From Candidatus Latescibacterota bacterium (GTDB lineage: Bacteria > Latescibacterota > UBA2968 > UBA8231), in contig CBDCXV010000011.1 of NCBI GenBank assembly GCA_965223905.1, positions 288,001 through 352,000 on the forward strand: DNA of 64,000 nt. Reading direction: 5' to 3'. The notes beneath the pieces were generated by a model. That model searched no databases and was not told where the DNA came from. It saw only the letters and a list, made by a program, of their open reading frames with translations. The position numbers and the translations under genes are program-made. Positions 33,737-45,317 of the stretch are shown here, one piece after another (position 1 is the stretch's first letter; each line of letters starts with the position of its first letter).

Positions 33737-35104
33737 ATGACTCAGAAGCAGATCGACACCGCTTCGGTACGGGAACGCGACCGCGCCCACGTCTGGCATC
33801 CGCTTTTTCAACACAGCCTGCTCGAACACCAGGACCTGATGGTGCTCGACAGGGGAGAAGGCTGCTTCCTCTTCGACAGCGATGGCCGGCGATATCTCGA
33901 CGGTTACTCCGGACTGTGGAACGTCAATGTCGGCTACGGACGCACGGAGATCGCCGCGGCCGTGCACGAGCAGTTGCTGCGGCTTCCCTACTATCCGCAG
34001 TCCCAGATCAACGAGCCCGCGGCGACGCTGGCCGCGCGCCTGGCGGAGATTCTACCCGGCGACTTGCACCATGTGTTCTATTCGAACAGCGGCTCCGAGG
34101 CGAACGAGACCGCCTTCAAGATCGCCCGGCAGTACGGCCGCCAGAAATTCCCGGGACAGAATCGCTACAAGATCATCTCACGATACCAGGGATATCACGG
34201 ATTCACCTTCGGGGCGATGTCGGCGACCGGCCAGACGAGCCGGCGCTCGAAGTTCGAACCCCTGGTGCCCGGATTCCTGCATGTCGATCCCCCTTACTGC
34301 TTCCGCTGTCCCCTGAAGCTGACGTACCCCGGTTGCGGTATTGCATGTGTCGAGGAAGTCGAGGAAGTGATCAAACGTGAGGATCCTGAAACAGTAGCGG
34401 CGGTGGTTGCCGAACCTGTCATAGGAGGGGGTGGGGTGATCGTACCTCCCGACGAGTACCTCCCTCGCCTGCGAGCGATCTGCGACCGCTACGGAGTTTT
34501 GCTGATCCTTGACGAGGTGATCACAGGTTTCGGCCGCACCGGAGCGCTCTTCGCCGCCCAGCATTGGGACGTGGTGCCCGATATTATGACACTCGCCAAG
34601 GGGGTGACGAGCGGCTACCTGCCACTGGCGGCATGCGCCGTGCGTCCCCAAGTCTTCGAGACCTTTATCGGGCAGCCCGAAGAGCGGCGGGAGCTGGCCC
34701 AGGTCTCGACCTACGGAGGCCATCCGGCCTGTTGCGCCGCGGCCTTGGCCAACATCGATATACTGCTGAATGAGCGATTGACCGAGAACGCCGCAACAGT
34801 CGGTTCCTATCTGCTGGAACAGCTCGCTGCGCTGCAATCGCCGGTGCTGGGAGAAGTGCGAGGGAAGGGGTTGATGATGGCACTGGAGCTGACCGAGCCG
34901 GAAGGCATGGAGCTGCTTAACGCCGATGCGACGGCGGCGGTAAAGGGTGCAACACGGGACGCCGGCGTCATCGTCGGGCAGATGAGCCACGTGATCCCGG
35001 CTCCGGAGAGCATCCTCTTCCTGGCGCCCCCCCTGATCCTGACCGAGGCAGAGGCAGATATGATCGTCGAAGCAGTAAAGGCGGGGCTGCACGCAACGGC
35101 GTAG
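33737..35104 (+). CDS. Class III aminotransferase
   Basis: NSGSEANE, YHG, DEVITGFGRTG, AKG and TYGGHP. Confidence 0.95.
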   Translation: MTQKQIDTASVRERDRAHVWHPLFQHSLLEHQDLMVLDRGEGCFLFDSDGRRYLDGYSGLWNVNVGYGRTEIAAAVHEQLLRLPYYPQSQINEPAATLAARLAEILPGDLHHVFYSNSGSEANETAFKIARQYGRQKFPGQNRYKIISRYQGYHGFTFGAMSATGQTSRRSKFEPLVPGFLHVDPPYCFRCPLKLTYPGCGIACVEEVEEVIKREDPETVAAVVAEPVIGGGGVIVPPDEYLPRLRAICDRYGVLLILDEVITGFGRTGALFAAQHWDVVPDIMTLAKGVTSGYLPLAACAVRPQVFETFIGQPEERRELAQVSTYGGHPACCAAALANIDILLNERLTENAATVGSYLLEQLAALQSPVLGEVRGKGLMMALELTEPEGMELLNADATAAVKGATRDAGVIVGQMSHVIPAPESILFLAPPLILTEAEADMIVEAVKAGLHATA

Positions 35105-35117
35105 CACCGCTGCGTTC

Positions 35118-35822
35118 TCAACGCCCTTTGGAGAGATGGTAGACGATCAGGTCGGTCGCCTCTCCGGCGCTCATTCGGCCGGTGTTGATCGTCAAGTGGT
35201 AGAGCAGGAGATCGTCCCAGTCGGCTTCGTGGTGGTTCCTGAGGTACAGCTTGCGCCAACGATCGTGCTGTTCGACCAGCTCCTTCGCCTGATCGAAGCT
35301 GACATTCCGCGACTGCATCAGGCGCTCGCACCGGACCTCGAGCGGGGCGATGATCTTCACGTGCACGGCGTTGTCGCGGCCCGACAGAATCAACTGGCTG
35401 GCGCGGCCGACGATCACGGCCTTGCCCGCTTCGCCGTAGTCCTGAATCAGGGTGGTAATCAGGAGCTGGTAGGTACCGCGATCAAGGTAGGCGGCCTGTT
35501 CGCCTCCCTCCCTCTCGAGAACGTACGGGAATTCGAGCCCGAACTCGGGAAAATAGGCTGCCGACGAAAGGGGGAAACCACCCGGACTCATTTCGGGAAC
35601 TAGCAGTCGCTTCAGGAAATAGCGCACCCTGCCCTCTCCCTTCTCGTCGTACTTTTCCACCTCCTCGACCGAGGTGTCGGTTATGCTGGCAATCTCCTCG
35701 ACGAGCCGGCGATCGACATACTCGTAACCGAGGGCCTTGGCGACGTTCTCGGCGATGCGATCTCCCTCGCTGCCGAGCTGCCGGGAGACGGTGACTACAT
35801 CCAGTTCCACGTCGGATCCCAT
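35118..35822 (-). CDS. Cytidylate kinase-like family protein
   Basis: VTVSRQLGSEG, VIVGRAS and YHLTINT. Confidence 0.85.
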   Translation of the reverse strand: MGSDVELDVVTVSRQLGSEGDRIAENVAKALGYEYVDRRLVEEIASITDTSVEEVEKYDEKGEGRVRYFLKRLLVPEMSPGGFPLSSAAYFPEFGLEFPYVLEREGGEQAAYLDRGTYQLLITTLIQDYGEAGKAVIVGRASQLILSGRDNAVHVKIIAPLEVRCERLMQSRNVSFDQAKELVEQHDRWRKLYLRNHHEADWDDLLLYHLTINTGRMSAGEATDLIVYHLSKGR

Positions 35823-35940
35823 CCTGTTCCGGTCGCTGTCAAACTAACCAATCCCCCTGCCAGTGGCAACAAATCGAAGCGTCCCGAAGCGGTGGGAAAC
35901 AAGCGACGTGGAAAAAATATCGGATAGTGGTTATCTTTAG

Positions 35941-37296
35941 ATGAGTATTGCAGTTACGGCAATTCCAAGGGTGGCATATCCCACCTTTGGAAGCCCCCGG
36001 AAGCCCACGCAATCGACATTGCCCAGAAGCGCCCTCCGCATCCTCGTAGCCGTACAGAACCCCGCAACTGAAGAGGCCCTTGTGCGCCTGGCAGCGACCC
36101 TCGCCTCGCTGCCGGGAGGACAGCTGCATCTGACCCATGTCCTGCAATCGAACGGCACCAGCGAGGCCGAGCGCAACCGGACACTGTCGCGGGCAGCATC
36201 AGTGGCAAGGGAAACGGGGGCAGATGCGGAGCCCCACCTGCTGAAGGGCGAAGACGTCACCGAGGTCATCAGTTCCGCGGCCAGGAGTTGGGAATGCAAC
36301 ATGATGGTCATGGGCTGGTACGGGGATGTGAATCGCGAGGCCGTTCTCTCTTCCGACAACCGGGCCCTGGCAAAATCCGTCGACCTCGACACGCTGATCT
36401 TCAAGGAGAAGAGCTTCCGCCCCGGGCGCAGGATCATCGTTCCGACCGGGGGCGGCAGTCACTCGCTCATGGGGCTGCAGATCGCCGCGGACCTCGCCCA
36501 GGCGTGGGGATCGGAGTTGCGCGTGCTGCGGGTGGCTCGCGACCGTGAATGCCGGCCGCGAGATCCGATTCTGGAGCGCTACTGCAGCCAGGTGTACGCC
36601 GACACCGAGCTGCGGCTGAAGCTGCTCGGAATCGGGGCCGACATCGACGTCGTGCCTTCCGTCGACATAGTGGAACCGATCATCGAACGCACCCGCAAAG
36701 ACGACTTCCTCGTTCTCGGAGCTTCCAACGACTGGCGGCAGGAGGAGTTCCTGGCCGGCTCGATTCCGGATGAGATCGCCTTTGAATCCCCTTGCTCGGT
36801 TCTAATGGTGCGGTCGAGGTCAACCGAAAACAACAGGTTGAGCGGGATCTTTTTCGAAAACACCATCCGCCTGCAGCTGCAAACCCGGGACAAGTGGGAC
36901 GCCATATGCCAGATGGTCGATGTCCTTGTGGAGGAGAGACAGATCCCCGCCTCCCAGCGCGACTACGTCCTCGGCTCGGCGTTGAATCGCGAGCGCAAGA
37001 GCAGCACCGCCATGGGGAGGGAGACCGCGATCCCTCATGCGGCGATCGAGAACCTCCCCAGCATCATCGGCGCCCTCGGAATCTGCCGCGAAGGCGTCGA
37101 CTTCGACGGACCGGACGGCGAACCTGTGCGCTACATCTTTCTTCTCCTCACTCCGAGGCAGAACTACCGCAGCTACATTCCCGTGCTCGCCCAGATCGCC
37201 TCCCTGATGCGTGGAGAGGACACCCGCGCCAAGTTGCTCGACTGCCGCACCCCTGCCGAACTCACCGCCCTCCTGAAGCGCCGGGAGTCGGGCTGA
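35941..37296 (+). CDS. Tandem universal stress protein domains fused to a PTS EIIA domain
   Basis: USP motifs ILVAV, IIVPTGGG and GSIPDEIAFESPCSVLMV; EIIA motif RERKSSTAMG..TAIPHA. Confidence 0.85.
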   Translation: MSIAVTAIPRVAYPTFGSPRKPTQSTLPRSALRILVAVQNPATEEALVRLAATLASLPGGQLHLTHVLQSNGTSEAERNRTLSRAASVARETGADAEPHLLKGEDVTEVISSAARSWECNMMVMGWYGDVNREAVLSSDNRALAKSVDLDTLIFKEKSFRPGRRIIVPTGGGSHSLMGLQIAADLAQAWGSELRVLRVARDRECRPRDPILERYCSQVYADTELRLKLLGIGADIDVVPSVDIVEPIIERTRKDDFLVLGASNDWRQEEFLAGSIPDEIAFESPCSVLMVRSRSTENNRLSGIFFENTIRLQLQTRDKWDAICQMVDVLVEERQIPASQRDYVLGSALNRERKSSTAMGRETAIPHAAIENLPSIIGALGICREGVDFDGPDGEPVRYIFLLLTPRQNYRSYIPVLAQIASLMRGEDTRAKLLDCRTPAELTALLKRRESG

Positions 37297-37383
37297 GAGC
37301 CGCTGGAAAACCCTGTTTCCCCGCCCCTCGGATCCCCTGAAGGGCATTTCCTTCAAGGGGATCCCCCCCCTGCCCTCCATGCG

Positions 37384-38421
37384 TTGAAGAGCCGGCACCC
37401 CAGCTCCTACCCCGCCGCGGCGGCCATCGATCTTGGAACCAATACCATCCTGATGGTTGCGGGCCGGAGGAGGTCGCCACGCCCTGGAGACATCGAGATC
37501 CTCGACGACGCTCACGCCATCGCGCGGCTCGGACAAGGGGTCGATGCAGAGCGGAGAATTCAACCCGAAGCGATCGATCGCGTCTGCGGTTGCCTTCTGC
37601 GCTACCGTGACAGGGCGGCCGGCCTCGGCGCGAGCTTGATACGGGCCTACGGGACCTCGGCGCTGCGCGATGCCTCCAACAAGAGGGAGCTCATCGCCGC
37701 AGTGGTCGAGAGAACCGGGATCGAAATCGTCGAGCTCTCCGGGGAGGAGGAAGCCCGCCTGACCTTCACGGGGGCGGCGTTCGGACTGGGTCTTCCGGAG
37801 CGCTACGGAGTCGTCGATATCGGCGGAGGTTCCACCGAACTAGCGCTCGGCAAGGGTGACGGCACGGTGGAACAATCGATCTCCGTCGATGTGGGCGCTG
37901 TCCGCGTCAGCGAGCGGTTCTTTCCCTCCCTCCCTCCCTCGCCGGGGCAGGTCGGGAAAGCGGCGGCGATGATAGCCAGTGTGATGGCGGGTCTCTTCGA
38001 GGTCCCCTCGGGGATTACGGTTCTCGGGGTGGCCGGAACCGTTACGACACTCGGGGCGCTCGACCGGGAGACCGAACGCTTCGACTCCGCGGAACTCGAC
38101 GGCCATGTCCTCGCCCGCAAACGCGTGGTGGAGCTGAGCGACATGCTTCTCGGGTTGGGCCTCGAAGAAATACAGGCCTTTCCTCAGGTGAGCGACCAGC
38201 GGGCCGACATAATCACCGCGGGCTCGCTCATCCTGCGCCGCTTCCTGGAACAGTTCGACCTGCCCTCGGTCATCGTGTCGACCAAGGGGATTCGCTACGG
38301 ACTGTTGCAGCAGATGCTTGCCGGAGAAAGCAGAGGGCGGAAGTCGCCTCGAGACGTTTCGGGAGGAGGCCGTTCTGACGATCCTCCCGGGTGGGATCAC
38401 CTGGACAGGCTGGGCCGTTGA
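37384..38421 (+). CDS. Ppx/GppA exopolyphosphatase
   Basis: IDLGTN, TSALRDASN, GEEEA, DIGGGSTE and GIRYG. Confidence 0.93.
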   Translation: MKSRHPSSYPAAAAIDLGTNTILMVAGRRRSPRPGDIEILDDAHAIARLGQGVDAERRIQPEAIDRVCGCLLRYRDRAAGLGASLIRAYGTSALRDASNKRELIAAVVERTGIEIVELSGEEEARLTFTGAAFGLGLPERYGVVDIGGGSTELALGKGDGTVEQSISVDVGAVRVSERFFPSLPPSPGQVGKAAAMIASVMAGLFEVPSGITVLGVAGTVTTLGALDRETERFDSAELDGHVLARKRVVELSDMLLGLGLEEIQAFPQVSDQRADIITAGSLILRRFLEQFDLPSVIVSTKGIRYGLLQQMLAGESRGRKSPRDVSGGGRSDDPPGWDHLDRLGR

Positions 38422-39659
38422 TCCATATCCGACATCCCGGGGGGATCAGGGCTTCCCCCCGACTCGGATGCCACGCTGTCCGCTTCTACACCCCACCGGT
38501 ACGGACGGCCCTTCCAGTCGAAGCGGCCAAGCGCCCCGAACAGGCCGATGGCGACGATGTAGAGCGGATGACTCAGGGTCCAGGGCAGAAACTGCCAGTG
38601 GAGATCCCGGCGCTGGAATACCTGCCTGGACCGCGCGAACAGCGCTCCCTCAGCGGCGCTCTTCAAGAGCCAGGCAGCCGCGACGGAGAACCAGCTGACG
38701 GTCCCCCACCAGGCGAGGACGGGTGTCGCCAGGAGCATCGCACTCATGGCAAAGGTGCAGGCCAGGTAGGAAAAGAAGGGCGGGTCGAGCAAGGCTTGGC
38801 AGGAAGCGTTCGAAGCCCAGCGGCAGCGCTTGGCGAGAAGCCCCGACAGGGACGGGGAGGGCGGGTGAACCACGTGCCCGTCGGCATCTCCCGCAAACAG
38901 GATACGCCACCGTCGCGTGCGCCGGATGAGCTGCATCAGGAGGACGTCGTCGCCCGAACCCCGGTGCATGATGCGGCCGTATCCGCCGACCTCATCGTAC
39001 GCCGCCTTGCGAAAGCCGAGACTCTGCCCCGACGCTGCCAGCGCCCGCCCGCGACCGGCGCCGGCCGCGGCCGCGGCCATCAGGTTGAGGTAATCGACCG
39101 CCTCCCAACCTCCCAGAGCTCCCAACCGGCCGGTGTCCCGGCGTATCCCGGAGTAGCCGATGACCATTCCGACAGTGTCGTCGTCGAAGCGGACCGCCAT
39201 GGAAGCCGCCCAAGTGGGAGGCAGGCGGCAGTCGGCGTCGGTGGTCAGGACAACATCCCCTCCCGCCTTCTCGACGCCGAGCGACAGGGCCCTCTTCTTC
39301 GATCCGACCCGCCCCGGAAACCCGGACGTCCCGAGAATGGTCAGGCGAAGGTCGCGACCGCGGGCGAACTCCCTGGCGAGCTTCGCGGTGCGGTCGGTCG
39401 AGCCGTCGTCGACGAGGATCACCTCGTATTTCTCCGATGGCAGGGTCTGACGGTCCAGCCCCCGCAGGCAGGCGACGATGTTGTCCTCCTCGTTGCGGGC
39501 CGCGATCACAATCGAGATTTCCCGCCGGGGGTGGGTGGGCTTTTTCCGGATTCGATTGACATCCTCGCGGGAGGCGAGTCCCTGCCGGAACCAGATGACG
39601 GCGGCGGCGTAGACGGCAGTGAGCCCTGCCAGCGCGACCTCGATGCCAGACGCGTCCAC
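38397..39659 (-). CDS. GT2 glycosyltransferase (membrane)
   Basis: IAARNEE, DDGSTD, TDADC, SGDD and RCRWA. Start approximate. Confidence 0.9.
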   Translation of the reverse strand: MDASGIEVALAGLTAVYAAAVIWFRQGLASREDVNRIRKKPTHPRREISIVIAARNEEDNIVACLRGLDRQTLPSEKYEVILVDDGSTDRTAKLAREFARGRDLRLTILGTSGFPGRVGSKKRALSLGVEKAGGDVVLTTDADCRLPPTWAASMAVRFDDDTVGMVIGYSGIRRDTGRLGALGGWEAVDYLNLMAAAAAGAGRGRALAASGQSLGFRKAAYDEVGGYGRIMHRGSGDDVLLMQLIRRTRRWRILFAGDADGHVVHPPSPSLSGLLAKRCRWASNASCQALLDPPFFSYLACTFAMSAMLLATPVLAWWGTVSWFSVAAAWLLKSAAEGALFARSRQVFQRRDLHWQFLPWTLSHPLYIVAIGLFGALGRFDWKGRPYRWGVEADSVASESGGSPDPPGMSDMDQRPSLSR

Positions 39660-39673
39660 CGCCTGCAGCCGGG

Positions 39674-40747
39674 CTAACCGCGCAGCTCTTTGACGAGCGA
39701 GAACATGCCGCGGTACCCCTCGGAGCAGTTGCGGCACATGTCGACCGACTTGCGATCAGCCAGGATTTTTCGCCGGAAGTCCATGTACGCCCGTCCGCGC
39801 CAGATGCCGCGGAAGTCCTGGCGGGGATCGAAGCTGTCCCCCATGCCGAAGTCTACGTCCTTGTCGAAGCAGCAGGGAGCCACGGCCCCGTTCCAATTCA
39901 CCATAGAGGAATACCACAGCACCTTGCATCCCTTGCTGGGCTGACCTTTGACGAGCAACTCCCCCGAGGGGGAATCCTCATAGCGCCGATAGTCGCCGTC
40001 TTCGGGCAGAAACTCTTCCACTTCGTCCGGAGAGTACACCTGCGCGGTCTTGACGAGGAACTTCTCCGCGCCCAGTTCCCCTGCCAGTCGCTCCGCCTCG
40101 GCGATGTCCCCCTCGTTGTGGCGAAATACGATGAACTGCAGGTTGACGAGGGGGGTTCTGGAGCCGAGCTCCGATTTGGCCTGGGCCAACAGGCGGGCGC
40201 CGCGAATGACGTAGTCGAAACGCCCCCCGACGCGGTAGCGCTCGTACGTCTCCTGGTCGACTCCGTCGAGCGAAACGATGATTTCGTCGAGTCCGGAAGC
40301 GATGATCGCCCGGGCCTGCTCAATGTTGCGTATGTAATGGCCGTTGGTGCTTGTCATCGTCGGGATCCGTCTGTCCCGGGCGTAGCGAACCATGTCGACG
40401 AAACCCTTGTTGATGAACGGCTCCCCCTGGTTCCACAACATCAGAAGGACCAAGTGCTCACCGACCTCGTCGATGAGCCTCTTGAAGTCGTCGAGGTTCA
40501 TGTGGCCGCGGGCCCGTTTCATCTCCCCGTTGCCCGAAGGACACAAAGGGCACTTCAGATTGCAGAAGTTCGTCGGCTCGATCATCATCATGAACGGCCG
40601 GCCCCAGACGATGGGACGACCCGTGGCCGACGAGAGTCCCATCGAGGCGAGCACCTTGCCCGCGTTCCACAGTCGTTTCCAGGTAAAGGCGTACCCGTAG
40701 CGTTCGATGTACCTGGGAATCGCCTTGGGGGACAGCAGAAAGGCCAA
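39674..40747 (-). CDS. Radical SAM/SPASM domain protein
   Basis: CNLKCPLC, GEP, and C-terminal C...PCCFD...CRNC. Start approximate. Confidence 0.9.
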   Translation of the reverse strand: MAFLLSPKAIPRYIERYGYAFTWKRLWNAGKVLASMGLSSATGRPIVWGRPFMMMIEPTNFCNLKCPLCPSGNGEMKRARGHMNLDDFKRLIDEVGEHLVLLMLWNQGEPFINKGFVDMVRYARDRRIPTMTSTNGHYIRNIEQARAIIASGLDEIIVSLDGVDQETYERYRVGGRFDYVIRGARLLAQAKSELGSRTPLVNLQFIVFRHNEGDIAEAERLAGELGAEKFLVKTAQVYSPDEVEEFLPEDGDYRRYEDSPSGELLVKGQPSKGCKVLWYSSMVNWNGAVAPCCFDKDVDFGMGDSFDPRQDFRGIWRGRAYMDFRRKILADRKSVDMCRNCSEGYRGMFSLVKELRG

Positions 40748-40803
40748 TGGAATCTGTTTCCGGTGTCGGTGGTTGGCCGCGCGGGCCGATCGGCAGTGAC
40801 GCC

Positions 40804-41946
40804 CTATGGCGCCGGGAATTCCTCTTCCTCCTCCCCCTCCTCGCGCCAGCGGAACCAGCCCGCGGTGCCGGCGGGCACGAACAGCAGGACGTACGGAATA
40901 TAGAGAAATTCGAGAATCGGCAAAAAAAGGATCAGCCTGCGGTCTTCGGCTGTCGGGGCAAAGCTCCGCAGCAGGAGGAAATCGATCAGCCAGCGACCTC
41001 CCCAGACTGCGGGAAAAGCGGGCGGCACCTTTTCGAACAGGAAGGTCTGAACTACCCCCCACAGCAGGGTCAGGTGAAAGAGGTAGACGGCCGCGCCCAG
41101 CACCTTCGCCGCCCCTCGATAGTGCCCAGCCTTGGAGGCGTGGCGCAGTTTCTGGTGCATGAGCCCCGACCAGGATTCAGGTCCGGGATCACATGAAACC
41201 ACCGCCTCCGGATCGCGGCAGAAAACGAATCGCCAGTCAGTGGCCTCGGCTACCAGCCGGGCAAAGTAGACGTCGTCGCCGGCGACGAGATGGCCGATCG
41301 AAGCGTACCCTCCGACCTCCTCGTACACGCGCCGCCTGTAGGCGAGGTTTCTACCCGTGCAGGAGAGCACGGCCCCCCTCCCGATGCTGCCGGCCGCCAG
41401 GGCGCTGACGGCGAGGTTGTCCAGGGCCAGTACCCGATGCCGCAGCCACCTCGTCCTGCGCGGCCTCGCGCACCCTGCGACCAGCCCGACCCCGTCGGCG
41501 AACATCGAGGCCGTTATGCGCACCCATCCCGGTGACGGCTCGCAGTCCGCGTCGGTGAACAGCAGCAGCTCGCCGGAGCTGGCGGCGATCCCCCGTGCCA
41601 GGGCGCTCTTCTTCGGGCACTCGAACTCCCCATCCCCCTGGCGCAGCGACACCGGCTTGAGAGCGGGCCACTTCCCGGCGATTTCCCGGAGAATTTCCGC
41701 GGTTCGGTCACTGGAGCGGTCGTCGACCACCACGACTTCGAGCCTGCCCGCATAGTCCTGGAGTTGAAGCGACCGCAGGCAGGTGGAGATCGAGGCCTCC
41801 TCGTTGCGCGCCGCGATAATAACGCTGACGTCGGGGGTCGTCCCGGAGGACGCCGGGGGCACTCGCCGGAGCCCCAGCAACAGCCATCCGACGGCAGCGG
41901 CGTACGTGCATCCGAGGAGGATCATCGCCGCCTGAAGCTCAAGCAT
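40804..41946 (-). CDS. GT2 glycosyltransferase (membrane), paralog of 38397-39659
   Basis: IAARNEE, DDRSSD, FTDADC, AGDD and QKLRHASK. Confidence 0.9.
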   Translation of the reverse strand: MLELQAAMILLGCTYAAAVGWLLLGLRRVPPASSGTTPDVSVIIAARNEEASISTCLRSLQLQDYAGRLEVVVVDDRSSDRTAEILREIAGKWPALKPVSLRQGDGEFECPKKSALARGIAASSGELLLFTDADCEPSPGWVRITASMFADGVGLVAGCARPRRTRWLRHRVLALDNLAVSALAAGSIGRGAVLSCTGRNLAYRRRVYEEVGGYASIGHLVAGDDVYFARLVAEATDWRFVFCRDPEAVVSCDPGPESWSGLMHQKLRHASKAGHYRGAAKVLGAAVYLFHLTLLWGVVQTFLFEKVPPAFPAVWGGRWLIDFLLLRSFAPTAEDRRLILFLPILEFLYIPYVLLFVPAGTAGWFRWREEGEEEEEFPAP

Positions 41947-42006
41947 CGATCACGAGGGGGAGGGGGAAGGCGAAAGGGCCTCCAGGGCCTGATCTTGCCC
42001 TGGAGG

Positions 42007-43788
42007 TCAGAAATAACCGTAACGGAGATCGAAGCTGACATGCCGGCTCGAGCCGTCGCCGTAACCCGTGCGGCTCTCCAGGGCGATGTTCGGCCGCCAC
42101 CTGGGAGGCAGGGGGACGTTGGTTCCCCATTCATGGGCGTATCCGACCGCCACCCCGAGGGCGGGGCGCACCCTCCATTCCAGCATCAGCGACAGTTTCG
42201 TCCAGAGGTGGAGGTTTCCAGCGAGGAATTCCTTGGATTCACGGTCGTCCAACGGACGCCAGCCGCGGTGCAGGTCACCGCCGACATTGAGAATGGTACC
42301 GTCGTCCAGAATCTCGTTGCTCCCGTGGCGGGTGCGCGACAGGCTTGCGCCGAGACTCAGATCGCGGCTGAAACGGCGGCTCGCGGTGATCTCCCAGCGG
42401 TCTGAGTTCGGGCCGAGCGAATGTCCGAGCGGGGAATCGAAATGCCGGAAGGTGTTGATCGGGAACTTGTGCGTGTAGATCCAGGGCTCGATCCGCACGT
42501 ACTCGGCGCGCAGATCGGTATCGCGCAAGCCGGCCGGATCGACCCACAACAGGCCCGTCTGCAGCGAGAATTTGTTGGCGAAGTCATCGCTGAAAATGCG
42601 CAGCTTCTTGATGTCGTCGACGACGTAGGCGAGGTAGAACTTCACCCCGTTTCCCGGATGGAGGTCGAAATCGATCCCCATCATCAGGTTGTCCTTGTCA
42701 CCCTGGTAGCTCTGCGCCGCCCAGTAGAACATCACCGGGTTGAGGTAGGTCGGCTGCGGGGGGCGGTCGCCGTACACCAGGACCTCGTGGAATCCGACGT
42801 CGAGCCAGTCGAAAAAGGATGCTTCCACGCGGTGAGCGGCGAGGTACTTGCCGCGCTCCAAGGGACGCCTGACTCCGTTTACGATATACGACGCGGAAGT
42901 ATCGCCGACGCCGGCGCATTGGGGGGAATCCGGCCGGTCGGGACATGGGCGGAGAGCCCCGGCGATGCTCACCAGCTTGAGTATTCCGAACTGCCCGCGC
43001 AGACGGATCAAATCGAATGCAGGAGCGTTGTCGCTCAACCCGAGGTTGTCGCTCGCCGCCGGGCCCCAGCTCGCCTGACCTTTTCCCACCTCGACCGTGA
43101 GATCCCGCAGCGGCGAAAAAAACAGCGCCGCTGTTCCCTCGTGGAAATCCGCTAGATTGCCCTTCAGCTGCGGAACCTCCAGGCGGCGCTCGAAGACGTC
43201 GTCCCTAATCTCGTAGCTGCGGGTCCCCTGCTCGCGCGTCTGCAAAAAGGCGATGCGGAAACCGACGCGTTCCCAGGCTTCACCCCAAAGCACCCCGCCA
43301 AGACGGTTGCGGTACACCCGCTCGCTGTCGGCACGGCCCAACCCGGAAAGGACGTCGATCTGATGTCGCAGCAGGAGATCGGCGAATAGCTCCCCCTGGG
43401 GACCGGCGTAGCGCACCAGTGGTTCGCCGCGGTTCACCCGTGCCGGCGCGCTTGCCCCGGAGCGGTCCGCCGCCTGGCTGCCTGTGGGGGAAGCGGCATC
43501 CTCGAGACCGAACTCCCGGCGCAGCAGGTCGAGCTCTGATTGCTCCACCTCGCTGAGGCGATCGCGGCGCTCCTCGATCCGCCGAAGGGCCGCGGCAATC
43601 TCGGATCGTGTGAACGGCTTGATGCCGTCCCCCAGGCGCACGAGCACCCCTTTCGTCTCACAACGTTCGAGAAAGCGGTAGCTCCAGTGAGCGATCGGAA
43701 CATGGATGGAGCCACCTCCGGCCGCCCCGGAATGAGTGTGCGCCAAAATCGCGACGAGCGCACCTAAACCCAGTCTTGACAGTATCAT
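42007..43788 (-). CDS. Outer-membrane protein, capsule assembly Wzi-like
   Basis: Signal peptide, GLSDNAPAFD, YLAAHR, LGHSLGPNSD and an aromatic C-terminus (YGYF). Confidence 0.7.
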   Translation of the reverse strand: MILSRLGLGALVAILAHTHSGAAGGGSIHVPIAHWSYRFLERCETKGVLVRLGDGIKPFTRSEIAAALRRIEERRDRLSEVEQSELDLLRREFGLEDAASPTGSQAADRSGASAPARVNRGEPLVRYAGPQGELFADLLLRHQIDVLSGLGRADSERVYRNRLGGVLWGEAWERVGFRIAFLQTREQGTRSYEIRDDVFERRLEVPQLKGNLADFHEGTAALFFSPLRDLTVEVGKGQASWGPAASDNLGLSDNAPAFDLIRLRGQFGILKLVSIAGALRPCPDRPDSPQCAGVGDTSASYIVNGVRRPLERGKYLAAHRVEASFFDWLDVGFHEVLVYGDRPPQPTYLNPVMFYWAAQSYQGDKDNLMMGIDFDLHPGNGVKFYLAYVVDDIKKLRIFSDDFANKFSLQTGLLWVDPAGLRDTDLRAEYVRIEPWIYTHKFPINTFRHFDSPLGHSLGPNSDRWEITASRRFSRDLSLGASLSRTRHGSNEILDDGTILNVGGDLHRGWRPLDDRESKEFLAGNLHLWTKLSLMLEWRVRPALGVAVGYAHEWGTNVPLPPRWRPNIALESRTGYGDGSSRHVSFDLRYGYF

Positions 43789-43804
43789 ACGTGCCGGATA
43801 GTTT
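43776..43804 (+). promoter_or_regulatory. sigma70-type promoter for eno
   Basis: TTGACA-17 bp-TAGTTT; overlaps the start of the divergent gene. Confidence 0.55.
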
Positions 43805-43942
43805 GCCCCGCCCGCAAGCGGGAGAGATGTGGTCGAGGGACGGATTCCCCCCCGGGCTGCAACGATTCCCAAAAGTGCTCAGCCAGCCCGAGCGGGGCAA
43901 ACCCCTGAAAAATACCCCAGTGAAGCGATCGGCAGGTGAACC

Positions 43943-45240
<1,298 letters not shown>

Positions 45241-45317
45241 CCCATCCCAACCCACCGGCTCAGACCCCCGCTCATCGACCCGTTTCCCTCGGATACGGGC
45301 GACGGCAATCCATGATG

